Notes: a model not told the origin generated them from the letters alone. Counted from the first letter of the stretch, positions 14,960 to 27,517 are shown. The stretch is 64,000 nt of DNA from Octopus vulgaris (GCA_951406725.2 OX597829.1:6758001-6822000), one strand, 5' to 3'. Made by a program: numbers and translations.

Positions 14960-15645
14960 TAAGTACATATATATGTTTATATATAAGTAAGTGCATTGAT
15001 ATATATGTATATATATGTTTATATATATATAAACATACATATATGTATGTGATAGCACTTAATTATATATAAATAAGGGTGTGTGTGCTGCTGTGAGTGC
15101 GTGAGTGCGCGACATGATATTATATGGCCTTTTGTTCAATTGTATAATTCAACAAGCAGTTATATATACGCTATTCCTCGGAAAGGAATATTCAAGTGCA
15201 TTTATGATTTGCCGTGGCTGTAGTTGAACAAAAGATCTGAAGGTCTCCACACCCAGGCATATGTATACATGTATATATCTGCATGTGTGACTTTGAAAGC
15301 GAATATGTGTGTGCAAAAAGAAAGCAGAAATGTCTTTCTGCACAGTTATGCGCGTGTGTGCGTGTATGTGTATATGTATACGTCTATAATTATGTACGTG
15401 TGTGTGTTTGCACGTATTTATATATGTGTATATAGGTATGTGTACGTGTACACACATACATACATACGTATATATGTGTATGATTGTGTATGATAAGGTA
15501 TTTCTTTGCTTTCACGTATGCGGCTAATATTTGTTTATAAAGATACGCATATATTTATGCGTATGTGTATGTGTGCCAGGGTGTGTAGTCCTTTAGATCT
15601 TTCTTCAACTATATATATACATAAATACATATATATACATATATG

Positions 15646-15689
<44 letters not shown>

Positions 15690-15725
15690 GATACATATAT
15701 ATACATACATATATATATACATATA

Positions 15726-15759
<34 letters not shown>

Positions 15760-15889
15760 TATATGCATATATATACATGCATATATATACTCATATGCAT
15801 ATACATATATATATATATATACATACATACACACACATATGTGCTTGTCTGTATGCGTATGTGCAGTTTCATAATCACACATATACACA

Positions 15890-15945
<56 letters not shown>

Positions 15946-16698
15946 CATACGTATATTACATACATATATTCATATGTAGGTGTGCTCACTACTCAGCGTT
16001 AATCTCACAGTGCTAAAGGAATCGGGCGATTTCTGTAGTATTCCATCTAAGCCGTAGTTAAGCCTCGTGTGTTTCACGGAAAAAGCAAGCAGGAAATACG
16101 GTAAGATGTTATATTGCTTGTCTCTGTAGAAAGTAGCAGCATTGTTTCTATCGAGGAATTATAAAACTTCCTTCACCCAAAGCGTCCCTCTGTGACGGGT
16201 TGGGATCTATCCGCTTCGACGCTCAAGGCTCTTCACCGGATTAGTGAATTACGATATTAGACATGACAGGACGAACATCACCGTAGTCGAAGTAGATGTA
16301 TATTCTGACAACATCCAGCCGTGTTTTAGAACTGTTCAGACTGAGGTGGAAATGTCAGGAACTGAACACGGCGTACAAACGTCTTGAGGTCAGCACAGCA
16401 ACATGTCCACTTTTACCTCATTCTCTACAATTCATTTGTTAAGATTTTTATTTTATTTTATTTTATTAGCTTTTTATTAATATTATTCCTTGTCGTTATC
16501 TTTCCTTTGGTGAACTGTCTCTTCTCTTTCGTTTGTCGGCTTCTTTGTTTGCTTTTATTTTTTGCCTTTGTAATGTCGAATCCTATTCTCCGTAAAGTAT
16601 ATAAATTTTCTTTATAATGTACATCGACATACACATCCAAACGCACTTGAGGTGTTTATATACGTATATATTGTATGTGTGTTTAACACACATACACG

Positions 16699-16767
<69 letters not shown>

Positions 16768-18689
16768 TAGAGAGAAAAAGAGGAAGAAAGAAAATAGATG
16801 TGTAGATAAATAGATTAGATGCCCTTATATGCACGTATATATAAGTGTTAAAACTGCACAGTTCATTTAGTGAAAATATAGCCTCAATCACTACTGGTCG
16901 AAATATAATGTATAAAGGCAATTGAAAGCAATGTTGCTTTTAATGACTCATAATTGATCTGGCTTGATTTTAAATGAAAATAATAAAAGTTTTCTTAGTG
17001 GTGTCACGTGGACAGTGGATTAAATTATCAAATGACAAGAGGCAAGATGAAATGCTGACTAGATCTATAAATAAGAGAGAAGGCATGAACTGAACATTTT
17101 AATCGATCGTTTTTTAAACTTAGTCGAACCTCGCTATGTTTACTGTCCTCTTATTGTTGGTAAAAAATCTGCTGATACTTCAAATATTGTCGGAAAAGAA
17201 AATTTGATACACTTATAACATCAAGGTTTTGACAGTATTTTCAAAGCATTATATTTTATTTGTATATTATCCCCACACTGATGCAGACAACTGTGCTCAG
17301 ATTTATGCAAATTTGGATTTGTAGAGGACTATTATAGACATTTAGGTCAAACAGTATTTTAAAGCTTTTTATCCTACACTTCTGAAATGTTATAAGGCGG
17401 AATATAAGCATACAAACATTTTATACAAAAATTTTATACATTTGAATGTATTGCGACTAAAGCCTCACCATAGCGAAATATGTGTCTGCTGCATATCATT
17501 CATCGTAAATAATGGTAAATTCATTTAAATATCTTAGATTTTTCTATGCCTCATTAACATAAGTACAATGAACAATACAATTTCTTCTAGTTCTATTTTA
17601 GTTACGTCCAAGATTGGTAGGTCACTGTAAACGGGAATCTACAATTATCATTATAAATTGATTTCATACGGTGTGCTATATTTTAGCATCACAGTTTATT
17701 TTCAGAAAGTGAGGTGTTCGTATGGAACCTGATTTCTTTTGGTTAAGCACGGTGATTTTGTATTTTATAAAAGAACAAGTGATCTACTTTTGTACAATTC
17801 TAGACAGACAACGTTATCAAAGAGATTTCCTTTCATTTCATAGACTTCTAACAGTAATGAAATGAATTACTATCAGTTTAGTATATCTTGTTATATTGTG
17901 CGATCGAAGTGGTCTTCGACTTTTTAATGTATTGAATAGATTAGAGAATATACTCGCTGGATGACGCAATCAGCGCGATTTCATATAATACGATTGTAGA
18001 ATTGCTGTCAATACTAAAAATGAACAAAAGACAGTATGATTGGTAAAGGAACCTAAATAGAGAACAAGTTAACTTCTCTGTCCATAAAATTCCTGTAATT
18101 TTCAAATAATGAAACTTTTAGTAATCCTTTTGATACCACCTTAACTTTAGGTTACTTGGACTATTATGTATGTTGTTGAAAGGGAAAAACGCAGGATGAA
18201 TGATGAACAGGTATACTGTTTATAAATATTTAATTAATTTTCGATTTTGGCCGAAGTTGCTTTTACATGAAGAAATACAAAAAATATATTTATATGTAAA
18301 TAATTTAAAAGTAATTAAAAAAAAAAGAAAGTAATTAAAGGTGTTCATCTGCAATCTTTTTTTAAAGTAAATTGTCTATGTAGTTAACTTTTCCAAATAT
18401 AATCCTTCTTTCAAACTGCAAAGCATTTCGCAATGGCTGCTCAGCCGTACAGGAAAGAAACTATTATATAATTAGTCAACTACAAGCACCCACGTTCTTC
18501 TCTCTCTACACACTCACTCACGCTCTCACTATCTTTCTCTCATACAGGCACGCACACACATGCACACATAGACAAACATACAAACATACACACATACGCA
18601 GTGATGGTGCATGCATTCTTGTGAGTATGTGTGTATTATTATCATTTTTTTTATTTCAACTATATTTTCACAATTAGAAGCTAAGCAAC

Positions 18690-18885
18690 GCTGTGCAATA
18701 TCATAATGCTTATCGTCATTTCGTCTGTCTTTACGTTCTGATTGCAAATTACGCCGAGGTTGACTTTGCCTTTCATCCTCTCGGGGATGGTATATTAAAT
18801 ACCAGGGGAATAATGGAGTCGATTAAATCGACTAGCCCCTACCCCAAAATCTACAGGCTTTGTGACTATAGGAGAAAGGATAATT
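18690..18885 (+). mobile_element. SINE family C (Meta-domain-like), degenerate
   Basis: gccgaggttgactttgcctttcatcctctcgggga...ataccag resembles the MetaSINE central domain; homologous to 27103-27305. Confidence 0.7.
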
Positions 18886-19092
18886 AAAGGAACCTACTTG
18901 GACCATTGCTCCCATTTTTATCATTATATTACCGATAACAGAAACGTTATGTCAATATGTAAATAAGAAAACCTATATGTACGCATGTATATATGTATAT
19001 ATATAAGCATGTATGTGCATATATATATGTGTGTGTGTGTGTGTGTGCGTGTTTGTGTGTGTACGTATGCATATAGGTATATATAAGCATGA

Positions 19093-19126
<34 letters not shown>

Positions 19127-19179
19127 TTTTAAGTATACGTACACTGTTATCTATTTGCCTGCAAATGTATTACACACAG

Positions 19180-19622
19180 CTTGGGCAATTATCTTCTACT
19201 ATAGCCTCGTGACAACCAAAGCCTTGTGAGTAGAATTGGCAGACGGAAACTGAAAGAAGCCCGTCGTATATAAGTATATATATATAGGTGGAGACGCAAT
19301 GACCCACACGGTAGTAGGATCACGGTTTCGATTCCCAGACCGGGAGTTGTAAGTGTTTATTCAGCAGGAGTTCGTGGCGAACCTTACTGTGCTCTTTCAC
19401 CACAACTTTCTCTCACTCTTTCATCCTGTTTCTATAGTACCTGTATTTCAAACGCTCATCCTTGTCACAACCTATGTCACGCTGAATCTCGCCGAGAACT
19501 ACGTTAAGGGTACACGTTTCTGTGGAGTGCTCAGCCACTTGCATGTTAATTTCTTGAGCAGGCTGTTCTGTTGATCACATCAACTGGAACTCACGTCGTC
19601 GTAACCACGGAGTACCACGATA

Positions 19623-19653
<31 letters not shown>

Positions 19654-19872
19654 CGCACGCACACACATATATATTTATTTGTGTGTCTGTGTCTACCTGT
19701 GTTTGACTCCACCACCAATTTACAACTGATGGTGGTGTGTTTAAACCCCTGTAACTTAACTGTTCGGCATAAGGAACCAATAGACTAAGCTCCAGTTCGA
19801 CTGAAACCCTTCGAGGCAGTACCTCAGTATGGCTGCAGTCAAATGACTGAAACAAATATACGATAAAAGATG
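19180..19872 (+). mobile_element. SINE family A split by a family B insertion in its internal microsatellite
   Basis: A 5' part at 19180-19270 and A 3' part at 19680-19872 flank SINE B. Confidence 0.8.
19287..19618 (+). mobile_element. SINE family B nested in SINE A
   Basis: ggtggagacgcaatg...ggtttcgattcccagacc head and gtcgtcgtaaccacggagt tail, matching 40568-40950. Confidence 0.85.
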
Positions 19873-20120
19873 AAAAACATAGGAAGATGACTTATGTAAA
19901 TTCAGTCCGAATGTATGACTGAATGCTCTACTCTTTTGAAATTTATTATCATATTTCAGAGATTGGTTATACTTTATTACACGTCATTTGTGTTACCGAC
20001 ATTTTATTTAGAAATACCGATAATAAATAGTAATGCCTGCAAGAATTTACCGATCACGTCTTTCTGCTCTATTGAAAATTTCATATGGCTGTGACAGTAT
20101 TTTTTCTCCGAGGGAACAAT

Positions 20121-20189
<69 letters not shown>

Positions 20190-20194
<5 letters not shown>

Positions 20195-20460
20195 GACGGT
20201 TTAAAAATACAAAGGACTTTTAGAGGTATTTATTGATTTGACCGGTTTCACCTTTTTAGAAAAAGATTATCAAAAGTAAAATGTAAAGCTTTGAATAGGC
20301 TTTGTTGTGTTAAATACTGGTTGTCACAAAAGTATTAAAATACAGTAATACATTCTTTGATAATGATAAGAAAATGTTAAAAACAGTTCACAAGAAAGTA
20401 TTTCAGAATATATTCAAGAATGGGACTACAATAAGTATTTTCAGTTCAATAACAATCATG
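20190..20460 (-). mobile_element. Probable PLE terminal fragment with a degenerate hammerhead
   Basis: Minus strand reads TTGATAA t CTTTTT ct AAAAAG gt GAAACCGGTC (about 20274-20238); abuts (TA)n. Confidence 0.45.
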
Positions 20461-20488
20461 TTTGTTTGGTAGTATATCTCGTACTCAA

Positions 20489-20865
20489 CTCTTTTACTTG
20501 TTTCAATCATTTGACTGCTGCCATGCTGGAGCACCGTCTTTTAGTCGAGCAAATGGACGCCAGGACTTATTCTCTGTAAGCCTAGTTCTTATTCTATCGG
20601 TCTCTTTTACCGAACAGCTAAGTTACGGGGACGTAAACACACCACCATCGGTTGTCAAGCGATCGTGGGGGGACAAACACAGACACACAAACATATACAC
20701 ACGTATACGTATATATATATATATGTATATATATGTATATACAAGGATTTGGTCGGCCCGAGGCTATAGTAGAAGACACTTGTCCAAGGTGGCACGCAGT
20801 GGGACTGAACCCGGAACCATGTGGTTTGCAAGCAGGCTACTTACCACACACCCACTCATGCGCCT
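20489..20865 (-). mobile_element. SINE family A
   Basis: Reverse complement of the 4284-4684 family, with an internal deletion. Confidence 0.9.
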
Positions 20866-20878
20866 AAAAATGTGTGAC

Positions 20879-20984
20879 GCTTACAGCACTAGGTTTCCCA
20901 AGCGGTCACCCACCTAAGTACTAACTAGGCTCGACGTTGCTCAACTTCGGTGACCGGACGAGAACCGGTGTTTCTACGTGATAT
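20879..20984 (-). pseudogene. 5S rRNA-like copy lacking about 10 nt at the 5' end
   Basis: Minus strand ATATCACGTAGAAACACCGGTTCTCGTCCGGTCACCGAAGTTGAGCAACGTCGAGCCTAGTTAGTACTTAGGTGGGTGACCGCTTGGGAAACCTAGTGCTGTAAGC follows invertebrate 5S rRNA, with internal promoter A-box and C-box regions. A T5 run lies 8 nt downstream. Confidence 0.9.
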
Positions 20985-21099
20985 ATGCAGAAGGAGATAT
21001 GTTTAAGAATTTACAAAAAATTGGCGAGGAATAACTGACCTGTCTGACATTTTCTCTCTTGTCTGTAGCTAAGGAATGCTTGCTATTTTAAGGGATAGG

Positions 21100-21830
21100 T
21101 GGGAAGTTGTTTGTGTGTGTGGTGGGGGGGTAGCAATGTGGAATCAAAAGATTCTTGGGGCTGGTCTCAGAGGTCAGAATGGTGTGAGTGTGTCTCTGTG
21201 CACGTCGCTGTGTGTTTGTGTGTGGGGGTCGTTATTCATTGGTCCCAGTGTTTATTGTGGTGTGTGTATATGGGTCTGTGTGTGTGCGTGTGTGTGTATG
21301 TATGTGATTAGTATTTGCCAGGGTATTGCGTGTGCGCATATGTGTATATGTGTTGGTTCGCGTGTGTGTATGTGTGCGTCTGTGTGTGCGCGTGTGTGTA
21401 TTTGTGTCTTTTGTGTTGGTGTGGATGTTATGTGTGTGTACGTGTGTGTATGTGAGTGTATGTGTGTGTCTCTGTCTGAGCATGTTTGTGTTGTTATAAT
21501 TGTGCTGGTGGTGTGTGTGTTTGTGAGCAACCTATGTGTATGTGAGCGTCCATATATATGTGTGTGTGGGTATGTGTGAGTGTGTATGTGTGTCTGAATG
21601 TATTGCATTTATTAAGGGGTTCTGTGAGTGTTCGTGTGTGTTGGGTTTATCCGGGTGGTGTGTATGTGTGTGTGCGTGTACATTCTGTGAATGCTGGTAC
21701 TGATTATGCGTTTGTGTGTGTATATATATGTGGGTATAGATTATGTAGTTTCCGGGTGTGTGCACGTGTCTATGCACTGTATTTGTGAGTGGTTTGTGTT
21801 GTTTGTATTGTTCGTGCAGTGTAGTGCACA
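21100..21830. repeat. Degenerate GT-rich low-complexity tract
   Basis: Directly visible; source of C/V- and H/T-rich ORFs. Confidence 0.9.
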
Positions 21831-21881
21831 AACATAAAAAAATACCTTAGGAATGAGAACCTAGGTTCAAAATTTCCCCAA

Positions 21882-21927
21882 GACACCTGATGAAGGTTGG
21901 AGGGTATATCAGCTGAAACGTTGTGTT
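21882..21927 (+). ncRNA. Minimal type I hammerhead ribozyme motif (PLE-type)
   Basis: GACAC CTGATGA A GGTTGG agggtata TCAGCT GAAA CG TT GTGTT. Helix I is GACAC/GTGTT, helix II has G-U pairs, and helix III is the palindrome AACGTT. Confidence 0.7.
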
Positions 21928-22208
21928 AACAACAAACAAGATGAGGGAAAATTTCCGTCAATTTTAAATAATTTAAACTATGTACATAATTTCTCATCTC
22001 TTAAATATAGAAATGAACATCATTATTAATTCACAATTAACGTGAAGTCTTTCTTAGAATTTTTTCTCACTAGCCCGATTTCAGCCGCGTGTATATTTTA
22101 GCTGGAGCTTTTGGTAGTTTTTGAAGGTATTGGCACTTCAAGCATACTGGAGAAAGGCCGTTTTCGCCCGATCTCTTTTGATATAATATATATATATATA
22201 TATATATA

Positions 22209-22933
22209 AAGTGCACATTACCAGGATGGCGACAAAGTGCCGACGACTGGATGGATGGATCCTAAGAACATTCAGAACCAGAGATAAGGAAACCATGATG
22301 GTCCTCTGGCGGACATTCGTCCTCAGCCGCCTGGATTACTGCTCACAGCTATGGTCATCCACCAGTGTGAAATTAACAGCGGACCTTGAAGCAATCCAGA
22401 GAAGATTCACAAAGAAGATCGTCTCTTTGCAACAGCTCAGATACTGGGAAAGGTTGAAACAGCTAAGACTCTACACCCTGGAGAGAAGACGGGAGAGGTA
22501 TGCAGTAATATATATCTGGAAGATCCTGGAAGGAATTGTGCCAAATTTTGGCATTGTTAGCTACACCAATGCTAGAGCGAGACGACACTGCATAGTGCCA
22601 AAGATCCCAGCAATGCCATCACGCTTCAGGACCAGCTACTGCAACAGCCTGGGTTTCAAGGGCCCACAGCTTTTTAATATTCTCCCAAAGAGTCTGAGGA
22701 ACTTGCACAAAGATGTAGTGTTTTTTAAATCAAAGCTGGACCTCTTCCTGTCAAGAGTCCCAGATGAACCTACCTGACGGCAAGAGGTGCGAATGAGAGT
22801 AGCTATATCAAACTCCATTCTTCACCAAGTGCCACATATTAGAGGAGGCTCTTCGTAATAACAGTGTAGCACAAAACGGCGGTACATCAGCATGGCCGCA
22901 GCTCTGAGCTGAAACAAGAAAAACGAAAAACGA
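22209..22933 (+). mobile_element. 5'-truncated CR1/L2-group LINE (ORF2 C-terminus plus 3' tail) inserted in (TA)n
   Basis: ORF 22211..22777: GWILRTFRTRD, FVLSRLDYCSQLWS, LEAIQRRFTK, LRLYTLERRRER, FKSKLDLFLSRVPDEP. Tail has a stem-loop and gaaaaac repeats. Confidence 0.92.
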
Positions 22934-22951
22934 ATATATATATATATATAT

Positions 22952-23159
22952 ATAAATACTTTTACCAATAGAACCCCAACTCCTATTTCAGGACAACCTT
23001 ATTTTCTGGAATACACATAGAAAGTTATATCCAATATAATTATATAAGCATTTTAAAGGCTTTGAAATGCTTATATCATTATATTGGATATAAGTTTCTA
23101 TGTGTATTCCAGAAAATAAGGTTGTCCTGAAATAGGAGTTGGGGTTCTATTGGTAAAAG

Positions 23160-23166
<7 letters not shown>
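22952..23166. repeat. Near-perfect 215-bp palindrome (fold-back) flanked by (TA)n
   Basis: Arms of ~107 bp centred on 23059; three mismatches seen by manual comparison. Confidence 0.92.
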
Positions 23167-23190
<24 letters not shown>

Positions 23191-23236
23191 GTATATACGC
23201 ATATGTATAGATTAGTATATACATACATATATACAT

Positions 23237-23271
<35 letters not shown>

Positions 23272-23310
23272 CGCATATGTATAGATTAGTATATACATAC
23301 ATATATACAT

Positions 23311-23347
<37 letters not shown>

Positions 23348-23382
23348 CGCATATGTATAGATTAGTATATAAATACATATAT

Positions 23383-23445
<63 letters not shown>

Positions 23446-23449
23446 CTTT

Positions 23450-23740
23450 TAAAAAAGGAGAAATAAGCCAATAAGCTATTTTAAAACTTTGAGCGAGATG
23501 CAAAGAGTAGCATTACGGAATCGTAACATATATAGTTGCCAATCGAATGTGGCGTCATATGCAGACCACTGCTTCTGACATTTGTAGCCCCAGGAAGGCA
23601 TCTCCTCCAGCTGGCTATCTACACACATTTTGTGTCCGATTAGTATTTTCGAAGGGAGTAAATAGCTGCTATCTCTAGCTTTACGTGATGCACACAGACT
23701 CGAGATTTGGGGTTGTAACCCGTCCTCAACGTGTGTAAGT
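23450..23740 (-). mobile_element. Diverged monomer of the 352-bp hammerhead repeat family
   Basis: tagccccaggaaggcatctcctccagctggc...tgtgtcc...agtattt and cacacagactcgag...cgtgtg align collinearly with the 55851-56867 unit. Confidence 0.8.
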
Positions 23741-24849
23741 GTGTGCGCGCTTGTGGGAGTGCGTGCGCGTGTTTGTTGGACCGTATATCGTATGGTATAC
23801 ACGTGGTTACTTACTGGTGAAGCAAGTTTACCTTGGCAGTGTTCGTTGGGCATTTGACTAATGATTGGGATCGATGTAGGAAGATACGAGAATGCTTATT
23901 GATTGCTACAGTTGTTTCGACCCATGGAGCATCGATCGTCTCGGATGGAATAGTTATAAAGTAGTTTCGGAGCATCTGTTTGTGTAGATATGTCATCTAA
24001 GTTGATGATAGAATGATGCGTCTCGTTAAAATAAAGACTATTCCGCAAGGTCCTTTAGCGAAATATCAAGTGTTATTCTTTCCATCTTCATTGCATACTA
24101 ACTTACTCCCGGAAATGAGAGAGCGTTTGGGGTTATTACGTAATATATCGTATGGTATGCCCCAAGTTGCTTACTGGTTAAGCACCTTCATTTTCTCAGT
24201 GTTCATAACCAATAGATGTGACCTATGTTTAGAATAATTCTACCGTGTTTTCACTTCCAAGGGTATTGTAATAGATTCTTGACAGGAACAAGCATTAGGA
24301 AATTCAAACGAGGAAATTCACATTTACCAAATATAAAGGAATAATTATAACTTAAACTATAGAATGTTTTGGAATGGTGGACTAAAAATGACTATCCAAT
24401 AAGAATTTGAAATTGTTTGCGTTGAAATTAACGGACAGCTCTGCATTATACGAAAATATTTAAACGGTCATATCGACGGATATGAAGTAAAGACCCCGAA
24501 GAAACTGCACCGTTTTGCACTAGGGTTGCAAGTTCAACGGTTACTAATCGGCGCAATTGAAACCTCTGTTTGTCTCTGAAAGAGGTATATAAATTAGAGA
24601 CTTTTCAACTGTAAGTATGGAAAACAATTAAACTTGGAAAAATTAAAAGAAAAGTTCTATTTTTTAAAGAATATTTGCATAGTGTTCAAATACAATTGGC
24701 ATTTTCCTTGTTTCTGCCTGCCTCTGTCTCTCTTGTTTACTCTTGTGGGTTCGATATATAAAAATATATATATAGATATATGTATATAGGCATACATGTC
24801 TGTCTGTCAGTATGTATGTATGTATGTATGTATATATGTATGTAAATGA

Positions 24850-25060
24850 ATGTACATGGTTTAGTAGTCAGAATATTGCACACGTGATTGTGAGATTGTG
24901 CCTCCGTGTCATGGGCCGGACGATGCATTTCATTCTTGAGCAAAACTCTCCATTTCTGGTTGCTGAAATCACTTCGCTGGCAAAATAGTGACAAAGTGGT
25001 GGTCCGTCCAGTGGAAAATATCTAGTCGCCGAATCCAGGAAAGAAAACTTATGAGCTAAC
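24850..25060 (+). mobile_element. Old degenerate tRNA-headed SINE (family D-like core)
   Basis: catggtttagtagtcag head and ttcttgagcaaaactctccatttc core resemble family D. Confidence 0.45.
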
Positions 25061-25115
25061 ATTTTGGGAAGGACATTTTGTCCTTTTTGATATGTGTATG
25101 TGTGTGTGTGTCTGT

Positions 25116-25155
<40 letters not shown>

Positions 25156-25971
25156 CGAACGATACAAATGCCGCTAAATATGGTTATGTATGTATATAAA
25201 TTTTAGCGATTTATTTTGCGCTAGAGTATTTCGATGAATATTCGAAACCTCGGCACATTTCGGATAACAACCATTGCTATTGCATATTTGTTCTGCATCG
25301 ACACGAATACACTCGTATGTTATTTTTGCTATGAGAACATACTTAGCAAGTGTAATCAACGTCGGTTTTATTCAGTAATTGCAAAACAAATTAAATAAAT
25401 AATCCGCTTTTGAACTCTATTCTTGAGTAACATACACAAGTGAACTAGTTTCCAGTTTTTCTATATCTGTACTGTCTAGATGATCGTCGTTATACAAACA
25501 ACCCCAGCATAAACCAATCCCTTTTATGATGTTTAGATATATTCCAATTATTGCGGAAAATAAGATGAGGCGAACAGTTGTGTGATCTTGTTTATACCAG
25601 CATCAGTATGTTCAATGAGGGTAGTTACTCGAGAAACAGAAGAATATCCTTGTTCTTGTCAATCGAGGCAGAAGCGAAATCTGTAATTCGCTTTCTTTCA
25701 TTCTTTCTTTCTTTCTTTCTCTCGTTTTCTCTTCTCTTCTAAATCCCTTTCCTCTTGTAGGAAAAATCTAAGCAGCCTTTTTCTGTCCCTTTTTTTACCA
25801 ATGCACTGCTTAGTCATGCATAGATAAAAGGCAAACTAAAAGATGCAAAAGAAAAAAATATTTTACCTGCTGCCGTGTCAAGCTAACACTGTCGGTCTTT
25901 AAACATACGATATGATGCAGCAATGGGCACAGGAACAGAAACATATGCTCCACTAATGCGTACAGACACAC

Positions 25972-25976
<5 letters not shown>

Positions 25977-26029
<53 letters not shown>

Positions 26030-26139
26030 TCTTTCTACATATGTACATGCATACATATATACATACATACATACACACATACATACATACATACACACAT
26101 ACATACATACATACATACATACATACATACATACATACA

Positions 26140-26205
<66 letters not shown>

Positions 26206-26263
26206 CATCCATCCATCCATCTATACATACATACATACATACATACATACATACATACATACA

Positions 26264-26312
<49 letters not shown>
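25977..26312. repeat. (CT)n + (CATA)n + (TA)n microsatellite
   Basis: Directly visible. Confidence 0.97.
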
Positions 26313-27102
26313 GCATAAATATTCTGCAGGCAACATACAAATCTTGAACATATCCTTTTTAATAAAGTTTTATATCCAACTTCTTGCCTAGAATGGACAG
26401 ATTTTTTTCCAGCATTTAAGAAAGAAAAAAAAAGAAACAAAGAGACAATATCTAAACATGCAATTTATACTGGTGATATCATATGTCGTTGGTTAAACAT
26501 ATTTAGGTAACAGCATTATGTATCCCTATTTTAAATGCAATGGAGAAGATGACAAAAAAATATCGTAAATATTATTTAAATGTCTGTTTATTTTATGACA
26601 CGTCAGTTTGTATTTGTTAATATAAAAGAGCATGAAAATGTAAAGTGGAATATTTGTGGATTTTAAAAGTTTAATCCAGATAGGTAAGATAATTTGATTT
26701 TTATTCAATATGATGCAGTATCTGCTCATTATTAAACATCAAAACATTGATTATTAAATTTAGAAGACAGTAAAAACAAAACGTTAGTTGTATGTTACGG
26801 ATATTAATTTCATTTATATGATCCTTTCGAAAGTGTAAACAAATGAATCAAAGCAAAATTTTAAATTTTAAATATTGCGAGGCATTTTTAGCTGGCGCGC
26901 CAACGTTGTTCTTTCCATTTCGCTCGTGAAGAGGCAGAATCTTAAAAGCGTTGAATTGAATGCTTCTGCGATGATATTTGAACTCGGTTCCGTGCACTCC
27001 GTGTTGAAAGCCTGGCGAGACTAACGGTGAATATCATCCTTTTGCGGTCGGCAACAAAGTTCTTACTTGAAGAAAACTAGAGTAAAAAAAAAAACGATTC
27101 AG

Positions 27103-27305
27103 TATTCTTTTCTACTCTAGGCACATGGCCCGCAATTTTTTTTGTGGGGGGAGGGAGCTAGTCGATTAGATCGACCTCAGTAGGCAATTGGTACTTAATT
27201 TATCGACTCCGAAACGATGAAAGGCATCTCAGAACATAAAGACAGACGAAATATCGCTAAGCATTTCGCCCGGCATGCTAACGTTTCTGTCATCTCGCCA
27301 CCTTA
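27103..27305 (-). mobile_element. SINE family C (Meta-domain-like)
   Basis: Minus strand gcctttcatcgtttcggagtcgataaattaagtacc...ggtcgatctaatcgactagc...gtgcctagagtagaaaagaat, preceded by a tRNA-like head. Confidence 0.75.
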
Positions 27306-27326
27306 AAAGCGCTCCACTATTAGCGA

Positions 27327-27395
<69 letters not shown>

Positions 27396-27517
27396 GCTCT
27401 ATGACATTTTGTTTTCATTCTCTACTGTACTTACAGTTCAAAGGCCCAGCCTTAACACATTTTATTGCGAGTTCGATTGGTTCAATAACTGATTTTTCTT
27501 CATCTCCTCTATCACTA

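Noticed and set aside
22143-22166. HTGERPFS, a C2H2 zinc-finger linker
   Set aside because: No CxxC on either side, wrong His spacing and stops in frame close by; probably chance.
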